Below are positions 49,050 to 57,827 of a DNA stretch of 64,000 bases, in pieces. A program made the position numbers and the translations under genes. How positions within the stretch are numbered: position 1 is the first letter of the stretch; the number at the start of each line of letters is the position of its first letter. This stretch comes from a virus. The stretch covers positions 64,001-128,000 of IMG/VR virus record IMGVR_UViG_3300024324_000009. The stretch is one strand, 5' to 3'. The notes under the pieces are model-generated. The model was not told the origin of the DNA. It searched no databases and was given only the letters and a program-made list of their open reading frames with translations.

Positions 49050-49962
49050 TCGTAACCTTTGTTATTGTGTTCTCAGAAGTCTTTTTGTATATCTCTTTTT
49101 TTCTAGGTCTTTTATGTTTCCATATGATAGCCAACTGATCCAAATTTTCTTCTACTATATTGCCACAGATTGAACTGTCGCTATGACAATAAACTTCATT
49201 ATTTTTAGTAACCACTATTTGTTTAGGAGAATTAATTCCGTTCACGGTAATAGTAGACATAGTTATAGGATATAGGTTTCCTAAATAGCCAAAAATTCTT
49301 TCTAAAGCATGAATATAAGTTGCTACACAAAGACCATGAACATCCTGATCTTTGACTGTTCGACCAAGCTCTTTATTATCTATCATAAGCCCTTCTATAT
49401 AATCTACAACCTCTTTATTAAAATATTTTAAATATGTTTCAGAACAGCCTGCAAACATAGTGCCTCCAACAAAATGACTATAATTATCGAAAGGTATGCC
49501 TAGTTCATCCATGAGGAAGTGTATATAGGGTTTGTGGCATCTATCGTGGTTCATCAGCATGGAAAGAGGGCCTATACTATCTATAAAAGGATTATCCAAC
49601 AATAGACAGTTTTGTCTTAGTATTTTTGGACTACCTAATAGTTCATATACTAATATTTCTTTCCAGTGGCAGAATCTATGGAGTAGGCTTTTTTTACTAT
49701 GTATTTTAAAGAAATACTTATAATGCGATGCATATTTTACTAGACTTCTTAGAAAGGGCAATATGTCTCCACCGACATTATCTACGTAATCAATCTGAGG
49801 ATTCAAGTCACTTAACATGGTTACTGTAACATCACAGTCTACTGAATCAGGCAGTGTGATATATATATCTACCATGTCTTTAATAGGGAAGAGGTAGTCG
49901 TAAAAATATTTTGCTTGATCTTGATGATACAGATGTAAAAATACTGCTGTTTTATTTCTCAT
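49036..49962 (-). CDS. Rhamnan synthesis protein F (RgpF)-family glycosyltransferase
   Basis: VFLHLYH; NVGGDILPFL; KIHSKKS; FVGGTMF; HALERIFG. Confidence 0.85.
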   Translation of the reverse strand: MRNKTAVFLHLYHQDQAKYFYDYLFPIKDMVDIYITLPDSVDCDVTVTMLSDLNPQIDYVDNVGGDILPFLRSLVKYASHYKYFFKIHSKKSLLHRFCHWKEILVYELLGSPKILRQNCLLLDNPFIDSIGPLSMLMNHDRCHKPYIHFLMDELGIPFDNYSHFVGGTMFAGCSETYLKYFNKEVVDYIEGLMIDNKELGRTVKDQDVHGLCVATYIHALERIFGYLGNLYPITMSTITVNGINSPKQIVVTKNNEVYCHSDSSICGNIVEENLDQLAIIWKHKRPRKKEIYKKTSENTITKVTNDSR

Positions 49963-50200
49963 TTAATTTATTATACAGTACTAACGCTAGTACACTACCT
50001 GCTACACCAGCAAAAATACCTGCTGGTTCTATGACAGAATATGATCCTAGCATATATAATCCTGCTCCTCCCATATATGATCCTATGACTCCTAAAGCTA
50101 CAGTTTTAATAAATCCAAAGTTTTCTTCGCCGGGAACTATAGTTTTAGCTATTGATCCTACAAAAATACCGTATACCGCCCATATAAATAAACTAAACAT
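49952..50200 (-). CDS. GlsB/YeaQ/YmgE (transglycosylase-associated) membrane protein
   Basis: Three TMs; GIFVGSIAKTIVPG..LGVIGSYMGG..GVAGSVLAL. Confidence 0.8.
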   Translation of the reverse strand: MFSLFIWAVYGIFVGSIAKTIVPGEENFGFIKTVALGVIGSYMGGAGLYMLGSYSVIEPAGIFAGVAGSVLALVLYNKLNEK

Positions 50201-50576
50201 TTGAGGCCTCCAGTAAAGCAATAAGGTCTTCCTCTTTCATAGTTGCTGCTTCATCCAATATAGCATTAACTAGAGAAGCTGAATTTTTTTTATAATCTTC
50301 AGGCTTGAGTTCTCTCCTTAGTACTCGTTTAATTTTCATCTTTGTAAACCAGCCTCGTCTCACACTAAAGTTTCTGACACGATTGGCATAAAACATTTTA
50401 TCTTTATCTTTATTGCACTCTTGTATAATTCTAATAAGAGTAAGCATCACGCTAATAACCATGATTACAGCTATTACGCTACCATGTTCATCAGACTCTA
50501 CATTATCATCGGATTGATAGTTCGCCTTTTCTAAAACACGGGCAGCGATTTCTTTAAGTTTTTCTTGATTTTCCAT
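50193..50576 (-). CDS. Single-TM hypothetical protein
   Basis: VIAVIMVISVMLTLIRII; start chosen at the ATG at 50576. Confidence 0.55.
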   Translation of the reverse strand: MENQEKLKEIAARVLEKANYQSDDNVESDEHGSVIAVIMVISVMLTLIRIIQECNKDKDKMFYANRVRNFSVRRGWFTKMKIKRVLRRELKPEDYKKNSASLVNAILDEAATMKEEDLIALLEASNV

Positions 50577-50595
50577 TATGTTCTCTATACTGGGT

Positions 50596-50829
50596 TTAAG
50601 GTTCACAATACTGACAGTTAATTTTTGCAATTCCATCACCGCTCCAGTACCAGCCTTTGCCCTCACAAACGGGACAATCTTTTCTTTTGTATTTTTCAGC
50701 TATCTCTATTGATTGAGAAGCCTTTATAACGGCACCTACTAATGTAGTAACCGCAGTTGTGCTGTATTTGGGTAGTGTAGATACTGCAACCATAGAAGCA
50801 AGTACACCGCATAAAATAACTCTACTCAT
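50596..50829 (-). CDS. Small membrane/secreted protein with DnaJ-type zinc-finger motif
   Basis: Hydrophobic N-terminus; CPVCEGKG...CQYC. Confidence 0.6.
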   Translation of the reverse strand: MSRVILCGVLASMVAVSTLPKYSTTAVTTLVGAVIKASQSIEIAEKYKRKDCPVCEGKGWYWSGDGIAKINCQYCEP

Positions 50830-50964
50830 TTGTTCATCCTATCTTTCTTGTTAAATAAAATAACGCCACTCCCTGAACTTTGTATCAGTTTTGATAATGT
50901 CGGGAGGTATGATCCACCTTAATATAAGGACAAAATTATTTGTGAACCAGACTGTTTAGTGACG

Positions 50965-51126
50965 TTATTCTTTCTTAAAAATATTTTTTAGTTTGTCTAT
51001 AATTGGTCTTTTTTTCTCAGGTTTTGTTATGTCGTCATTAGGCTGAAACATTTTTAGCAAAGCCAATATAAAGTCGCCAATAATTTTAATTAATCTATTC
51101 ATAGCAATTTTATCTATGATACTCAT
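50965..51126 (-). CDS. Small amphipathic protein (53 aa, absent from the ORF track)
   Basis: MSIIDKIAMNRLIKIIGDFILALLKMFQPNDDITKPEKKRPIIDKLKNIFKKE; TAATG overlap with the upstream gene. Confidence 0.55.
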   Translation of the reverse strand: MSIIDKIAMNRLIKIIGDFILALLKMFQPNDDITKPEKKRPIIDKLKNIFKKE

Positions 51127-51875
51127 TAGGTCACCTTTGTATAAGTTACGGAACTTCCTGTTAAAAGAGCAATGCTGTCATTTCCAACAAAATTATGATT
51201 TGTAACTATCTCTAGTTGTAGAGTTAAGTCTCCACCAGAATCATTCTTTACATAGAACTGTTGTTGTGAAGTGACTGTGCATGGTACATTAAATATAGAA
51301 GACGGATTATTTCCAAAACTAACCCAAGTACCAGTATTTGCAATTTGCTGAGTAGCGTCCTGATGGAGTTCTAGGTGCTCTTTTGATATTGCTTCATAAT
51401 GCACCCAGTTTCCTCTTGTAATAAATTGGTCACTATCAAGTCCTCCACTTATAGCAGATTGTTGAGTACTAGTCAAACCGTTTCCTATATTAAAAACAAA
51501 ATGAGTGCTTACCATATACTGAGTACCATCAGCAATGGTTTGTGCTAATTCTAGTGGCGTAATAATGGTATTCTGTGCAAGAGAGTAGTTTTGTGTGGCT
51601 ACCTTGATAGGAAATATGTCTTGACCAATGGTGTCCGTAGCAGCAGATATAGTTACTGTCTCAGGACTGTCTGCATCTGGTGCAGCATTTGTTGTCAAAG
51701 TTACACCGTCTCCTTGTACCAGTAAGTCACTTGGTTTGACTGACTGTGCAACAAAACGATTGACATCAACCTTCATAGTTTCTGGTACATCACTAACTCC
51801 TGTTACTACACAGAGCAAGTCATCTGTAGCTATAGTAGGTGCTTCAGGCAATTCTGTAATCTTAGCGTCTGCCAT
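51126..51875 (-). CDS. Putative minor tail/fibre structural protein
   Basis: MADAKITELPEA..DDLL.VV N-terminus typical of fibre proteins; beta-rich C-terminus. Confidence 0.55.
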   Translation of the reverse strand: MADAKITELPEAPTIATDDLLCVVTGVSDVPETMKVDVNRFVAQSVKPSDLLVQGDGVTLTTNAAPDADSPETVTISAATDTIGQDIFPIKVATQNYSLAQNTIITPLELAQTIADGTQYMVSTHFVFNIGNGLTSTQQSAISGGLDSDQFITRGNWVHYEAISKEHLELHQDATQQIANTGTWVSFGNNPSSIFNVPCTVTSQQQFYVKNDSGGDLTLQLEIVTNHNFVGNDSIALLTGSSVTYTKVT

Positions 51876-51886
51876 AATTTATCCCT

Positions 51887-52813
51887 TTATAGATATGTGT
51901 CAAAACCGTAATCTGGTAATTCTTGTGGTGGAAAGCCGTTAAAGGAACTGAAAGCATAAGCACCATTACCTCTAAGCATTCCTGCTGCAATGTCAGCATG
52001 TATCAGGAATGAACCGTCTGGTATCGGACCCCATTCAGGATGACCTCCGCTGTTAAATTTCCCCCAACTATTTTGTACAAGAAATGCTGGCTCGTTACCT
52101 GTGTCGTCACAAGCCGTCCATGCCATTGCGTGATTCCAGCCTCCACTTTTTCGGGCGAACCCCTTGCTATCTCTTTTGTTAGAAAATCCATAGCCACTAC
52201 ACACACTTAAACCATACCCATTGGCTAGTGCATCTCTTGCCTCTTCTACAGTTTTAACAAGTGAGACTGTTTTAATTTTGTGTTTTTCTGCTTCGTCAAT
52301 TACTTTATCTGGAAGGCCTCTGCTTCCCCATCTTGCTCCCATGCTTCCATTGTATTTACTAAAGTCAGCAACACCGGGATAGTTTTTACGAACAAGAACA
52401 CCACCGCTTTGACTGACAAATGTTGCAGCACGACTACAACTCATACCTTGTCCACCATGACCTCTGCATCCATATATTGCTTCCGTCGCTCCTCTAGCAA
52501 CCCAGCTTTCGGGTTCTCCTTCTACATGCATTTCAACTGCTCTGGTTACATCAACAGCATTCCTAGTAGAATGTGAGACACAATCTCCAGTGGTTTGCCT
52601 TTCGATATAGCAGTTCTTATCAAAACTTAGAGCAGAACGAAACGGAGTAGATAACTTCCCTTTCCCACTATTCTTAATTTTTTTTGCACCATCTTTAAAA
52701 TATGCATACTTAGAACTTTCTATGAGTTCTTCAAACACATGATTCTCCCAAAGTGTTCCGGGCATACCTTCACGATACAATCTATAAAGATCATCAGGGG
52801 TTAACCTTGGCAT
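51887..52813 (-). CDS. Papain-like (C1-type) cysteine peptidase
   Basis: RQTTGDCVS (Gln/Cys); WNHAM (His); VQNSWG (Asn). Confidence 0.85.
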   Translation of the reverse strand: MPRLTPDDLYRLYREGMPGTLWENHVFEELIESSKYAYFKDGAKKIKNSGKGKLSTPFRSALSFDKNCYIERQTTGDCVSHSTRNAVDVTRAVEMHVEGEPESWVARGATEAIYGCRGHGGQGMSCSRAATFVSQSGGVLVRKNYPGVADFSKYNGSMGARWGSRGLPDKVIDEAEKHKIKTVSLVKTVEEARDALANGYGLSVCSGYGFSNKRDSKGFARKSGGWNHAMAWTACDDTGNEPAFLVQNSWGKFNSGGHPEWGPIPDGSFLIHADIAAGMLRGNGAYAFSSFNGFPPQELPDYGFDTYL

Positions 52814-53316
52814 TACTTGCTCCCTTCATAAAAAGCCCATGACAATGCATTAAAGGCTTCGACACTTTTGGCTCTGAGGTCATCATCCAGTACTACTTCA
52901 TCTTTGCCTATGCTTGACGCAACAAGATCACCGGCAGCTTCTGCAAGACCATCGTACTTGCCTTCAATATCAAGTTTAAGCATTTTGCCTGCAAGGACAT
53001 TAGCCTCTCTGATACTAGCAGTATCTTTAATGACTCCTTCTTTACCGTCTAAGCTAATAAGAACTCCCATGTCTTTGTATAAAGAAGAAAGTTTGAGACA
53101 GTCTTCTCTTTTACCAGAAGCATTTGACTCACGCAACAAATCTACAATAACAGTACCTTTTTCAAGAAGCACTTCATCTTCTGGTGCGTCAACTGTTGGT
53201 ACAGTAACTACTATATCCGGTCTTCCTATGCTAGGAATTAGACTACCAAGATCAGGCTGAAAGAGTCCGAACAAAATTAATATGGCTCCTATTGCTAGTG
53301 CAACTTTTTCTTTCAT
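52813..53316 (-). CDS. N-terminally membrane-anchored protein
   Basis: KVALAIGAILILFGLF TM/signal segment; coupled to the peptidase. Confidence 0.6.
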   Translation of the reverse strand: MKEKVALAIGAILILFGLFQPDLGSLIPSIGRPDIVVTVPTVDAPEDEVLLEKGTVIVDLLRESNASGKREDCLKLSSLYKDMGVLISLDGKEGVIKDTASIREANVLAGKMLKLDIEGKYDGLAEAAGDLVASSIGKDEVVLDDDLRAKSVEAFNALSWAFYEGSK

Positions 53317-53325
53317 TGTATTCTC

Positions 53326-53739
53326 CTAGTGTAATGTACTGACTGAGGCTGTTGTTACTGGCGAAGGGGTTTCTTCGTCACATACTGTTGGGCTTAGGTA
53401 AGGAAACATTTGATCTGCAACCTCTACGGCTTTATCGCAACCGCTTTGAACTGCAAGGTCTCTTGTTTGTTTCCAAGACACAACTAGATCAAAGAAAATA
53501 TCTTCGTCATTTCCTGATACTTCTTTGCGACTAGGAACGGGTCTGACTACTACAGTCTTGTCCCCTACTTTGCCAAGTAGCTGTTTAACCTGATCTACAA
53601 ATTGTAAAACAAGTTTTTGTACTGGACTAAGTTTGTCTTTAAATAAAACCCAAAGGACAATACCTATTCCTGCGTATAAAGCCAAGTCTGTTGGCCCTAC
53701 GCTACTGCTAAACTCATTGAATGTCTGAGTGTAATCCAT
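53326..53739 (-). CDS. Single-TM hypothetical protein
   Basis: LALYAGIGIVLWVLF. Confidence 0.6.
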   Translation of the reverse strand: MDYTQTFNEFSSSVGPTDLALYAGIGIVLWVLFKDKLSPVQKLVLQFVDQVKQLLGKVGDKTVVVRPVPSRKEVSGNDEDIFFDLVVSWKQTRDLAVQSGCDKAVEVADQMFPYLSPTVCDEETPSPVTTASVSTLH

Positions 53740-53754
53740 TTTTGACCGCCTCTC

Positions 53755-54189
53755 TTATTTAACGTATGATACTTCTAGTGTTTCGGGACTGTATGGGTTT
53801 GAGTCTACTTTATTTTTTAGGAAGACTCCGATTTCTCTGAATGTAGTTACAATGGCATCAATGCCAGCACTGGCAAGACCCATTACAAACTTTTTGACGT
53901 AAGAATGAAATAATGGTTCAAACACGTTAGGAATAAAAGGCAGATCGACAGCCTTGAAAACACTATCATAAAATCCTGATAGTAGATTCATAGCCAGTTC
54001 TTTCTTTTCTGTACTAGACAAGTCTGTTCCTATTTTTTCGATTAACATTACTAACTCACCGATAACAACCTGCATGACTTTCCATGCTTCTTTAATTGCT
54101 AATCTTTTTACTTCTCCGAGGCTTGCGAGTACGTCCTCTTTTACCTTGTCGAACTCTACGCCTATCTGATCTTTCGTTGCTTCGCTCAT
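53755..54189 (-). CDS. Amphipathic helical hypothetical protein
   Basis: AAGGA RBS; EKKELA...DLPFIP..E pattern. Confidence 0.55.
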   Translation of the reverse strand: MSEATKDQIGVEFDKVKEDVLASLGEVKRLAIKEAWKVMQVVIGELVMLIEKIGTDLSSTEKKELAMNLLSGFYDSVFKAVDLPFIPNVFEPLFHSYVKKFVMGLASAGIDAIVTTFREIGVFLKNKVDSNPYSPETLEVSYVK

Positions 54190-54478
54190 TGGTATCTTCC
54201 TTTATGGGTTGTTGTTCAGGTTCTGGTTCTGGTTCATTCAATGGTTCTGGAGGTGTAGGCTCCGCTACAGGCTCAGGTTTTCTAGTCTTTAAATATCTTG
54301 ATAAAATTCCAAATTGTCCGGCTATAAGTATAATAGATTCAACTGCGTGGGTGACAACACTGGTTAGTTCGTCTTTCTGATCAATGTCTCCTATAATCCC
54401 TGCTAGGAAAAGTCCGCTAAAAATGAAACTGACTAATGTGAACCAAAATTCACTTGTTTTATATCCGGGTTTTTGCAT
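54092..54478 (-). CDS. Holin-like membrane protein
   Basis: KPGYKTSEFW N-terminal motif, two hydrophobic segments, Pro/Glu linker and a highly basic tail. Confidence 0.55.
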   Translation of the reverse strand: MQKPGYKTSEFWFTLVSFIFSGLFLAGIIGDIDQKDELTSVVTHAVESIILIAGQFGILSRYLKTRKPEPVAEPTPPEPLNEPEPEPEQQPIKEDTNERSNERSDRRRVRQGKRGRTRKPRRSKKISN

Positions 54479-54496
54479 AATGTCACCTACTTATAT

Positions 54497-54503
54497 TTAC
54501 ACC
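54497..54503 (-). promoter_or_regulatory. GGTGTA motif (candidate late promoter)
   Basis: aGGTGTAAatata ~20 nt upstream of the holin-like start; the motif recurs at 38912, 58474 and 63708. Confidence 0.45.
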
Positions 54504-54546
54504 TAAAAGTCAGAAGAAAATCTAAAATCTTGATAAAATGGCTATT

Positions 54547-55362
54547 TTAGTATGTTTCTAGCCTTTTGTGGTTTGTGGGGCTGGCTACTTGATACAAAGT
54601 GCTGTTTTTATTGTACATTACCTGTCTAGCAACACTACTGTTCCAACTGGTACTGATATCCCAGTTTGTGTCTTTATAAAGTGTTGGTCTCACATTCCAT
54701 ATATATGAAGTCAAAGTTTGAGAACCTGATCCATGATTAGCATACATTTGAAAAGCAAATCCTCCCCAGTATAAATCATTGTTTTTTACATAATTAGCGT
54801 CTGATGCTTTTATCTGATAGCATGTCCAGTAGTTTGTGCTTTGACTGCTTCCAGCGGTTCCTATAGTAAGACCAAAAACCTTTTGATTGGCTTCTATCCT
54901 GTAAGTTCTTCCACTAGCATTTGCATAAAGCAAAATACACCTCTGAGGATAAGATGATTTGCTTGCACTGTGAGCACCACTAGAAGAATAATTCCAGCAT
55001 AAACCATTAACATTAGAAGGCCAACAACCGTCAGACGATGTACCAGTACTTGTACTACTTAGCATATTAAAACTATATGTGCAAGCAACAATGTATGTAC
55101 TGCTATATTTTCCTGACCTGCCAGAATACAGCCCATTGCCTCTGCTGTTGGCGTAAGGATTTCCACTGAAGCCGATATCATCACCTGCTCTACCATCAGT
55201 AGTAATGTTATTGCCATTTCTTATGCTGTAACTGGCGTTTTTAGGAGCACTATGAAGTGTAGTGTCACTGTATGCGATATTATCATGACCTAAGTTAGCC
55301 AAATCAGTTGTTTGTGAACTGCCAGCATAGTTAGGTGGGATAGTTATTAATTTCTTTGCCAT
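54547..55362 (-). CDS. Ser/Asn/Tyr-rich putative tail-fibre-associated protein
   Basis: Composition, and coupling to the fibre gene. Confidence 0.5.
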   Translation of the reverse strand: MAKKLITIPPNYAGSSQTTDLANLGHDNIAYSDTTLHSAPKNASYSIRNGNNITTDGRAGDDIGFSGNPYANSRGNGLYSGRSGKYSSTYIVACTYSFNMLSSTSTGTSSDGCWPSNVNGLCWNYSSSGAHSASKSSYPQRCILLYANASGRTYRIEANQKVFGLTIGTAGSSQSTNYWTCYQIKASDANYVKNNDLYWGGFAFQMYANHGSGSQTLTSYIWNVRPTLYKDTNWDISTSWNSSVARQVMYNKNSTLYQVASPTNHKRLETY

Positions 55363-57014
55363 TATGGAACCCAGTATAAGGTGCTGCCACTTTTGTAAAA
55401 ACTGCCAGAAGTACTACTTGTACTACTTTTAACTACTTGATCACCCGGACTGAAACTTGAACCAGCCGATGGAGTTTTCCATGCAGGTGCTCCCGTTGTT
55501 CCATTGCTTGTTAAAACTTGTCCAGAGGAGCCGCTCGATCCACTAATTTGAAGGCGACCCGTCATATTCATTGATACGCTATTCGTAAATTTTGTTGTAC
55601 TACTAAATGTCTTTTCGCCAGCAACAGTCTCGTCCCCGGTAAGGCCAACGTAATTAGTTGAGGCATTTGCATTTATAAGAGATATCACAGAAACTTTGGT
55701 TTGTATAGATGAACTATCGTCTGTTCTACCTAAGTATTGGATAAAACTATTATTGTTTGAACCACCGTTGTAATGATAGTCTTTAAAAATAATCTGATTT
55801 TCACCATCCGCAGTCTTACCCCTAAGTATAAATGAGTTAAAGTTGTTTGAACGCTGGGTACGGTCCACTGTAGTATTAAAATAACCTGCGTCTTTAATAT
55901 TATATCCACGACAATCTATCTCAGGAATTACATCAACACCATTATAATCTGTACCTTGATACAGTTTAAACTGAGAGTTCATCTGAACAACGGTATTACC
56001 CCATTTCATCCTAACGCCATTGGAGGTATCATTTGTGCCGTATGCTAGTGTTCCATTTGCACCGAACTCAGCAGTAATTCTACGATCACCGTTTATAATA
56101 ATATGATCTTGAAATGTATTCTTTGCAGTAAATGTATTAGCACTACCCCTTAAAGCACAGAGATCAAACAGTTGATCTACATACGCTATATCTGCTTTAT
56201 CACTAACGTCTACATCAGGAAAAACAAGACAGTCATATACGTCTCCGTCGTCTACTGTACCATTGCTTATAGCACTTTGCATAGTTACATCTAACTTCAC
56301 CCCACTGGCTAATTGATTGACTGTTTCTATCTGAAATCTGACAGAAACATCCTCATCGTTTTCTTCTCTAAAATTAAATGTGTCACCAGAGGCAAGAGAA
56401 ACAAAGTTGTGTAATAGTCCGTTTTTATCTACAAAACTAAGAAAGATTTCGTTGATTGTTACAGGGTTGTTTGTAACAGTACCATTAAAACCTACATAAC
56501 ATGCAGAAGGTGCAGGTGCATCACCATATACTTCACTGCCTTGAGGCGATCTAATAATATATTCAATATCAAAAGTTGATCTAGCCTCTAAGCCTGATAC
56601 TTTAATATCTAGTATCTCAATGTCTTCTTCAACCTCATCCATTCTGTCGTCTAGGTCGGCAATACCTGTCGCATTAGCATCTACACGACCATCTAGAGTA
56701 GTAAGGTCTGACTGTAGTGCAAGTCCTGTGGCAGATATTTCATAGACTCTTTCGCCAGAGAAATAAGTCATCTCTATACCAAAGCCCGGATCGAGAAACT
56801 CATCAAGTTTAGCAATTAAAGAATCGTCTGGATAAATAGCATTTGCATAGGGTAGTGCGTCCCAAACTAAAGCACCATCGCCTATTTTAAAAGTGTTATA
56901 AGTAGTATCTAAACCGAGTTCACCGGAATACAAAACGGGATTCTCTAAAGACCAGTTGGCTTCTGTGTCTCTACGTAGTTGCATTTTATAATATTTTGTT
57001 GAGTCGAGGCCCAT
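55362..57014 (-). CDS. Tail fibre protein with Mtd_N/hyaluronidase-like N-terminal domain
   Basis: QLRRDTEANW..NPVL.SGELGLDTT..FKIGDG..W..LPY; coiled coil; ETVAGEKTFS; GSSGQVLTSNG..PAW. Confidence 0.8.
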   Translation of the reverse strand: MGLDSTKYYKMQLRRDTEANWSLENPVLYSGELGLDTTYNTFKIGDGALVWDALPYANAIYPDDSLIAKLDEFLDPGFGIEMTYFSGERVYEISATGLALQSDLTTLDGRVDANATGIADLDDRMDEVEEDIEILDIKVSGLEARSTFDIEYIIRSPQGSEVYGDAPAPSACYVGFNGTVTNNPVTINEIFLSFVDKNGLLHNFVSLASGDTFNFREENDEDVSVRFQIETVNQLASGVKLDVTMQSAISNGTVDDGDVYDCLVFPDVDVSDKADIAYVDQLFDLCALRGSANTFTAKNTFQDHIIINGDRRITAEFGANGTLAYGTNDTSNGVRMKWGNTVVQMNSQFKLYQGTDYNGVDVIPEIDCRGYNIKDAGYFNTTVDRTQRSNNFNSFILRGKTADGENQIIFKDYHYNGGSNNNSFIQYLGRTDDSSSIQTKVSVISLINANASTNYVGLTGDETVAGEKTFSSTTKFTNSVSMNMTGRLQISGSSGSSGQVLTSNGTTGAPAWKTPSAGSSFSPGDQVVKSSTSSTSGSFYKSGSTLYWVP

Positions 57015-57037
57015 TGTTATTCTCCAAGAAGTTTAGA

Positions 57038-57382
57038 TTAAGGAATTGGTGTGCCGGGAATAGTGTCCGAAAACCCTCCATCAACTAAGTAACCTTCTGA
57101 AGAACCACCACCGCCACCACCATTACATGGTTCGCAGTTGTCAAAACGATTGCCTAATGTTTCATCAAATACTCCGCTGCCACCAGTAGGTGAAATAACT
57201 TCTGCATTAGGATTGTCTAAAGTGCTACCATAAGGATTACAGCAACAGTCGGCTAAATCTAATTCAGGATGGTAGTTACAACCTCCACAATAATAACTTG
57301 TATAGCCTGTAACTTTTGTACTCATGGCTCCACAACCATTGAGTACTGGATTCCCTGATATTGCTGGGTGGATGACTGCCAT
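57038..57382 (-). CDS. Small Cys/Gly-rich hypothetical protein
   Basis: GAGG RBS; CGGC..CCC..CEPC..GGGGG. Confidence 0.55.
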   Translation of the reverse strand: MAVIHPAISGNPVLNGCGAMSTKVTGYTSYYCGGCNYHPELDLADCCCNPYGSTLDNPNAEVISPTGGSGVFDETLGNRFDNCEPCNGGGGGGSSEGYLVDGGFSDTIPGTPIP

Positions 57383-57395
57383 TTTAAAACCTCAT

Positions 57396-57719
57396 TTATT
57401 GTTTGGGTAAGTGATCGATTCTCTCTTCTAGATTAGTTAAAGTATTGCCAAGAGTTGCAATTTGAATTTTTAATTCGTTCATTACTTCTGCATTTCTCCA
57501 AAGTGCTTTAGAGAACTGCTCTTGCATATCTTTATTCTCTTCTAGTCTTTGCATTATTAATGATCTATCTCTAGTATACTGACTTTGATTTTCTATAATA
57601 TTAGCTACTTCTTGTTTAGTAACCATATGACGAATGAAAGTTGCCCAGAAACCAAGAAGAGTGATAATTATGCCCACTGAAGTTGATGCTACATGAGCCC
57701 AAAAATTTGTCGCTTCCAT
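57396..57719 (-). CDS. Single-TM coiled-coil protein
   Basis: TM (SVGIIITLLGFWATFI) plus a heptad-rich C-terminus; GAGGT RBS before 57719. Confidence 0.6.
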   Translation of the reverse strand: MEATNFWAHVASTSVGIIITLLGFWATFIRHMVTKQEVANIIENQSQYTRDRSLIMQRLEENKDMQEQFSKALWRNAEVMNELKIQIATLGNTLTNLEERIDHLPKQ

Positions 57720-57756
57720 ATTGTTTACCTCGTTTGCAAAAAAAAGAAAACTAGTC

Positions 57757-57788
57757 AAAAAAAAGCCAGTGAAGCGAACTTCACCGGC
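57757..57788 (-). terminator. Rho-independent terminator
   Basis: - strand GCCGGTGAAG-TTCG-CTTCACTGGC-TTTTTTTT. Confidence 0.9.
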
Positions 57789-57827
57789 TCCTATATTAAA
57801 TACACAATTTAGAATGAAAAGTGCAGA

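Noticed and set aside
54092-54189. 98-bp holin-like/next-gene overlap as a programmed frameshift or spanin pair
   Set aside because: No slippery site or lipobox is seen, and the downstream gene has its own RBS.
54547-57014. Diversity-generating retroelement suggested by the Mtd_N domain
   Set aside because: No reverse transcriptase and no TR/VR repeat pair is visible; Mtd_N is just an anchor domain.
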